Assembly: GCA_045540335.1 (NCBI GenBank)
Contig: JAZQHC010000045.1
Span: forward strand, 85,108-149,107
From: Eubacteriales bacterium
GTDB taxonomy: Bacteria > Bacillota > Clostridia > Oscillospirales > CAG-272
Direction: 5' to 3'
Length of the DNA: 64,000 bases
The first letter of the stretch is position 1, and every line of letters begins with the position of its first letter. Below, in pieces: positions 59,736 through 64,000 of the stretch. A program made the translations under genes and the position numbers. The notes under the pieces were generated by a model that had not been told where the DNA came from, ran no database searches, and saw only the letters and a program-made list of their open reading frames with translations.

Positions 59736-59854
59736 CAAAAAAGACCTCTGAAAGAGGTCAATTGTGCACACGCTGTGCAATCGGCAGAGCCGACGATTTG
59801 AGAATTCTTTTATTTGAACTCGTAGTGTAATTTATAAGGGATATAAATTACACT
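59736..59854 (-). ncRNA. Candidate tracrRNA: an antisense small RNA in the cas9 5' intergenic region
   Basis: The minus strand has a perfect TTGACA (59886-59881)-17-TATAAT (59863-59858) promoter, so the transcript starts near 59851. About 116 nt of RNA follow: GUAAUUUAUAUCCCUUAUAAAUUACACUACGAGUUCAAAUAAAAGAAUUCUCAAAUCGUCGGCUCUGCCGAUUGCACAGCGUGUGCACAAUU. It ends in the terminator GACCUCUuucAGAGGUCUUUUUUG. Internal hairpins are UCGGCucuGCCGA and GCACAgcgUGUGC. GAGUUCAAAUAAAAG resembles the SpCas9 tracrRNA segment AAGUUAAAAUAAGG. Confidence 0.45.
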
Positions 59855-59887
59855 GTCATTATATAACAAAAAGGAAGGTTTGTCAAT

Positions 59888-62800
59888 ATGAAAAACGAAA
59901 AATATTATATAGGACTCGATATAGGCACAGATTCTGTCGGTTATGCAGTAACCGACGAAGAATACAATCTTTGTAAATTTAAAGGTGAACCTATGTGGGG
60001 TGTCACCTTGTTTGATCCGGCACAACTCGCTGTTAATCGCAGAGAGTTCCGTGCAGCAAGAAGAAGACTTGACCGCAGACAGCAAAGAGCGAAATTTATG
60101 ATGGACCTTTTTGCAAAAGAAATAGCAAAAGTTGATGAGGATTTTTACAGGAGAATAAAAGAAAGTTATCTGTATCCTGAAAATGAGGGAAAAAAAGTAA
60201 GACTTTTTGGATCTTTCGCAGAACAAAAAGCGTATGCTGAAAAATATCCGACAATACATCATCTGATATGTGAATTGATGAACGATCCGTCACCGCACGA
60301 TGTAAGACTTGTTTATATCGCTTGTTCCTGGCTCGTTGTCCACAGAGGACATTTTCTCAGTGAGGTCGATAAACAAAACATAGATGAAGTTACGGAATTT
60401 AAATCTGTGTGGGATAGGTTTACTTTGTATATTACACGTTCCGAATATTCTCTGCCGTGGGAAGAAAGTGTAAATATTAAAGAAATTGAAGATGTTTTCA
60501 AGGCTAAACTTACTGTTACCAAAAAGTCAAAAGCACTGGCTGGGGTATTATTCAAAGGAAAAAAAGCTCCCAAAGAGATAAATGAATCTTATGAATACAA
60601 CTATGAAACAGTGCTAAAACTTCTTTGCGGCGGCAAAGATTTCCTTCAAAAGCTGTTTGGTAAAGAAGAATATGCCGAGCTTGAAGAAAAATCTCTTGCA
60701 TTGAATATGGAAGACGAAAAAATAGCGGTAATAATGCAATCACTCGACGAGTCCGACGCTGAATTCGTCTCAGTTCTTAAAGCAGTTTACGATTGGTCTG
60801 TTTTGGTAAATATACTTAAAGGTAAAAAAACAATATCCGAAGCAAAGATTGCGGTATATGAGCAGCACAAAGAAGACCTTGAATTTCTGAAAAAGTTTAT
60901 CAAAAAATATGTTCCGAATAAATACGATGAAGTTTTCCGTTCGTCATCGAATGCAAATAATTATGCCGCTTACATAGGAAAGAACAAAACGTCCGGTGAA
61001 GATGTAAACATTAAAAAAGCAAAAAGCAGAGAAGACTTTTGTAAATATATTCTGCCAATCATAAAATCCGTCAAGCCTGATGAAAACGATATACAAAAGT
61101 ATAATGAAACGGTTTCAAGACTCGAAATAAACGACTTTATGCCGAAACAGGTTGACGGCGATAACAGAGTTATTCCTTATCAGCTTTACTATTATGAATT
61201 AAATAAAATACTCAATAACGCAAAAGCGTACGTCGATTTTCTCGAAAAAACCGACGAAGACGGTCTTTCAGGTGCTGATAAAATATTGTCGATCATGGAA
61301 TTCAGAGTGCCGTATTACGTAGGTCCTTTGGTTGAAAACAAAAATAAGGATCGCAAACGCAACTCATGGATGGTACGTAAAGCGGAAGGAAAGATATATC
61401 CTTGGAATTTTAAGGATAAAGTTGATCTTGATAAGAGCGAGGAAGAATTTATTGCCCGTATGACAAATTCCTGCACATATCTTCCCGGGGAAGACGTGTT
61501 GCCTAAAAATTCACTCGTGTATTCTGCGTTTGAGGTTCTCAATGAAATAAATAATATCAAAGTCAACGGTAAAGATATATCCGTTCAATTGAAGCAAAGT
61601 ATTTACGAAAATGTTTTTATGCAGTATGATAAGGTTACTCTTAAACGCATAAAACAGCATTTGATATTAAACGGTTACGCAGCGGATGATGTAGTATCCG
61701 GTATAGATATCACCGTGAAATCTTCACTTAAACCGTTCAGAGCGTTCAGAAATCTTGTGTCAAACGGACTTATTACGTATTCCGATGCGGAAAATATTAT
61801 AAACCGTGCAACGTATTCCGAAGATAAAATAAGATTTAAGAATTGGCTTATTGAAAAATACCCGCATTTGCCTGAAAACGATATAAGATATATCATAGGA
61901 TTAAAATTCAAAGAATTCGGCAGACTGTCAAGAAAACTTTTGTGCGGAATAGAGGGCGCGGTGAACGAAAACACGGGCGAATATATGCCGATCATCCGTG
62001 CGATGTGGGAAACAAATCTCAATTTTATGCAGATAATCAACTGTGACAGCTTTGAATTTTCCGAAAAGATCAAAAAAATCGTTGATGAATATTACGGTAA
62101 AGAAAAGAAGAGTCTTTCTGAAAGACTTGATGAAATGTATGTTTCAAATGCGGTCAAACGTCCGATAATCCGTACGCTTGACATACTTAAGGACATAGTC
62201 AAGGTGCAAAAAAGAGACCCCGATATGATATTCATCGAAATGGCAAGAGGGGCAAACGAAGATCAGAAGGGAAGAACTAAAACAAGACTCGATCAGATAA
62301 AGGAGCTTTACAAAAAGGTCGATACAGAGGATGTACGAAGACTTTCGGATATTCTTGAAGACTGGGGCGATACGGCGCATAATAAGCTCCGGAGCGATAA
62401 GATATTCCTGTATTTTATCCAGCTCGGCAAATGTCTTTATACAGGCGATCCCATAGCCCTTGATTCTGTTCTTTCAGGAAACGGTGATTATAATATTGAA
62501 CACATTTATCCTCGTAGCTTTGTAAAGGATGATAGTGTTATAAACAATAAAATACTCGTTGATTCGAAAGCAAACGGAGATAAAAGCGATAGTTATCCGA
62601 TAGATCCGTCAATACAGAATAAAATGCGTGCTTATTGGACGTTTCTTAATAAAAACGGATTGATAAGTGATGAAAAGTATAAAAGGCTTATCAGAACTAC
62701 ACATTTCACAGATGAGGAGAAATTTGAATTTATCAACCGTCAGCTTGTTGAAACACGTCAGTCAACAAAAGTCATAGCAACGCTTCTTAAAGAGCTTTAT

Positions 62801-63982
62801 CCGAAAGCGGAAATAGTATATGTAAAAGCAGGTCTTGTATCGGATTTCCGTCAGAAGTTCGATCTGCTTAAATCACGTGCGGTAAATGATCTGCATCACG
62901 CAAAGGACGCATATCTTAATATCGTGGTCGGCAATGTGTGGCATCATAAATTCAGTAAACGCTTCTACATAAAAACTGCCGATAATAACGTAAAACCCGA
63001 GATCGTATTTGCACGTAAACAAATATGCGGAAATAAAGTTATCTGGCGTGGTGCAGATGATCTTAATTATGTAATAAAGACTGCAAGAAAAAACACACCC
63101 AAAGTTACAAAATATGCTTTTTGCAGAAGAGGCGGTTTCTTTGATCAGATGCCCGTCGCCGCATCTTCAGACCTTGTTCCGAGAAAAAAAGATTTGCCTA
63201 CTGAAATATACGGCGGATACAATAAACCAACTGCATCATTCTTTGTCCTTGTAGGATATACAACAGGCAAAAAGCGTGACGTTATGGTAATGCCCGTTGA
63301 GCTTTTGTATGCAAACGAGTTTTTAAGTGATCCTGACTATGCAGAAACGTATGCAAGAAATACGGTAAGCAGTATTCTGAAAAAAGACGTCAATTCGGTT
63401 GAAATACTTCTTAACGGAAGAATATTGAAGGTCAATACCGTTCTTTCTCTTGACGGCTTCAAAATGTGTATCACAGGAAAATCGAGTGGAGGAAAAAAGT
63501 TGGGTGTTTCAGTTATGGAAAGCTTCAAAACCACTGCTGAATTTGAAAGGTATATAAAAAAGCTTGAGTCTTTCATTGATAAAAAGAAGAAAAACTCAAG
63601 GATCGTTTACAGTGAGCGGTATGATGAAATTTCATCAGAAAAAAATATTGTCCTGTATGATATCTACGTTGAAAAATTGCAAAAGTCCTTGTATGCAAAA
63701 CGTCCTGCAAACCCGGTTGACTCGTTGGTGAAGGGAAGAGAAAATTTTGAAAAGCTTTCCGTACCCGATCAGGCAGACGTACTTTTGCAAATTCAAGGCT
63801 TGTTTGGCAGGGCGGTCAAAGCTGATCTTTCAAACATTGGCGGTGTTTCTTCAGCAGGTGTTGCAACGCTGTCGTCAAATGTTTCTAACTGGAAAAAGAA
63901 CTATAAAGACGTGCGTATTATTGATGCTTCACCATCAGGACTTTATGAAAAAACTTCCGATAACCTGCTCGATCTGCTATGA
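59888..63982 (+). CDS. cas9: Cas9 (type II, SpCas9-like, 1364 aa; likely II-A)
   Basis: RuvC-I is YIGLDIGTDSVGYAV. A bridge-helix-like RRRLDRRQQR is present. RuvC-II is IFIEMARG. HNH is NIEHIYPRSFVKDDSVINNKILVDSKANGDKSD. RuvC-III is LHHAKDAYL. The N-terminus is collinear with SpCas9, for example EKYPTIHHL against EKYPTIYHL. Confidence 0.95.
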   Translation: MKNEKYYIGLDIGTDSVGYAVTDEEYNLCKFKGEPMWGVTLFDPAQLAVNRREFRAARRRLDRRQQRAKFMMDLFAKEIAKVDEDFYRRIKESYLYPENEGKKVRLFGSFAEQKAYAEKYPTIHHLICELMNDPSPHDVRLVYIACSWLVVHRGHFLSEVDKQNIDEVTEFKSVWDRFTLYITRSEYSLPWEESVNIKEIEDVFKAKLTVTKKSKALAGVLFKGKKAPKEINESYEYNYETVLKLLCGGKDFLQKLFGKEEYAELEEKSLALNMEDEKIAVIMQSLDESDAEFVSVLKAVYDWSVLVNILKGKKTISEAKIAVYEQHKEDLEFLKKFIKKYVPNKYDEVFRSSSNANNYAAYIGKNKTSGEDVNIKKAKSREDFCKYILPIIKSVKPDENDIQKYNETVSRLEINDFMPKQVDGDNRVIPYQLYYYELNKILNNAKAYVDFLEKTDEDGLSGADKILSIMEFRVPYYVGPLVENKNKDRKRNSWMVRKAEGKIYPWNFKDKVDLDKSEEEFIARMTNSCTYLPGEDVLPKNSLVYSAFEVLNEINNIKVNGKDISVQLKQSIYENVFMQYDKVTLKRIKQHLILNGYAADDVVSGIDITVKSSLKPFRAFRNLVSNGLITYSDAENIINRATYSEDKIRFKNWLIEKYPHLPENDIRYIIGLKFKEFGRLSRKLLCGIEGAVNENTGEYMPIIRAMWETNLNFMQIINCDSFEFSEKIKKIVDEYYGKEKKSLSERLDEMYVSNAVKRPIIRTLDILKDIVKVQKRDPDMIFIEMARGANEDQKGRTKTRLDQIKELYKKVDTEDVRRLSDILEDWGDTAHNKLRSDKIFLYFIQLGKCLYTGDPIALDSVLSGNGDYNIEHIYPRSFVKDDSVINNKILVDSKANGDKSDSYPIDPSIQNKMRAYWTFLNKNGLISDEKYKRLIRTTHFTDEEKFEFINRQLVETRQSTKVIATLLKELYPKAEIVYVKAGLVSDFRQKFDLLKSRAVNDLHHAKDAYLNIVVGNVWHHKFSKRFYIKTADNNVKPEIVFARKQICGNKVIWRGADDLNYVIKTARKNTPKVTKYAFCRRGGFFDQMPVAASSDLVPRKKDLPTEIYGGYNKPTASFFVLVGYTTGKKRDVMVMPVELLYANEFLSDPDYAETYARNTVSSILKKDVNSVEILLNGRILKVNTVLSLDGFKMCITGKSSGGKKLGVSVMESFKTTAEFERYIKKLESFIDKKKKNSRIVYSERYDEISSEKNIVLYDIYVEKLQKSLYAKRPANPVDSLVKGRENFEKLSVPDQADVLLQIQGLFGRAVKADLSNIGGVSSAGVATLSSNVSNWKKNYKDVRIIDASPSGLYEKTSDNLLDLL

Positions 63983-64000
63983 GTTGGCGTACTGTTGTTA

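Noticed and set aside
59743-59759. The GACCTCTgaaAGAGGTC hairpin acting as a plus-strand terminator between fic and cas9
   Set aside because: On the plus strand it is preceded, not followed, by the A/T run. The U-tract is on the minus strand, so it is assigned to the antisense tracr-like RNA.
1-64000. A CRISPR repeat-spacer array within the window
   Set aside because: I found no regularly spaced 28-40-nt direct repeats by eye, including the 18 nt after cas9. The array is presumably beyond 64000.

Overview
This window looks like low-GC Firmicutes (Clostridia) chromosomal DNA from a sporulating organism that uses dockerin-bearing, cellulosome-type surface proteins. Two large secreted proteins end in dockerin repeats, and spoVB, yunB and cotH are present. 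I assembled no numeric GC value. Most genes are on the minus strand.

First half (1-27.8 kb): housekeeping genes.
- A Bacillus-like operon with partial tyrS, recN, argR, tlyA, ispA, xseB, xseA and nusB. folD and dxs are absent, and a TsaD/Kae1-like paralog sits where folD would be.
- Then ileS, a SpoVB-like flippase, hit, mscL, alaS, a DUF1015-like gene, yunB, a transglutaminase-like dockerin protein, pfkA, a UgtP-like glycolipid synthase, yaaT/ricT, holB, an Orn/Lys/Arg decarboxylase, ispE and rlmB.

Second half (27.8-59.7 kb): accessory genes.
- A degenerate P-type-ATPase-like protein with a long acidic disordered N-terminus.
- A YdjI-like SPFH protein carrying four tandem zinc ribbons, with a YdjH-like neighbour.
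- A single tRNA-Glu(CUC) next to what looks like a frameshifted membrane-protein gene.
- A translationally coupled three-gene ABC-exporter module: two half-transporters with zinc-ribbon N-terminal domains, and a small soluble protein between them.
- A VanY-like M15 domain with all catalytic residues substituted, murQ, H+-PPase, a glycerol-1-phosphate-dehydrogenase-like gene, an acidic lipoprotein, a MATE transporter, a flavin reductase, a Macro-HTH fusion, an ArsC/Spx-like gene, a small vWA protein, the CotH-VTC-DUF4956 trio and a large BspA-type LRR/dockerin protein.

End of window (58.7-64.0 kb): the most interesting part.
- A class-II Fic/HTH protein, followed by a complete SpCas9-like type II cas9 at 59888-63982.
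- In the 200-nt gap upstream of cas9 there is an antisense small-RNA unit with a perfect TTGACA-17-TATAAT promoter, about 116 nt of structured RNA and a strong intrinsic terminator. This is the best candidate for a tracrRNA.
- The window stops 18 nt after cas9, so cas1, cas2, csn2 and the CRISPR array are expected just outside it.
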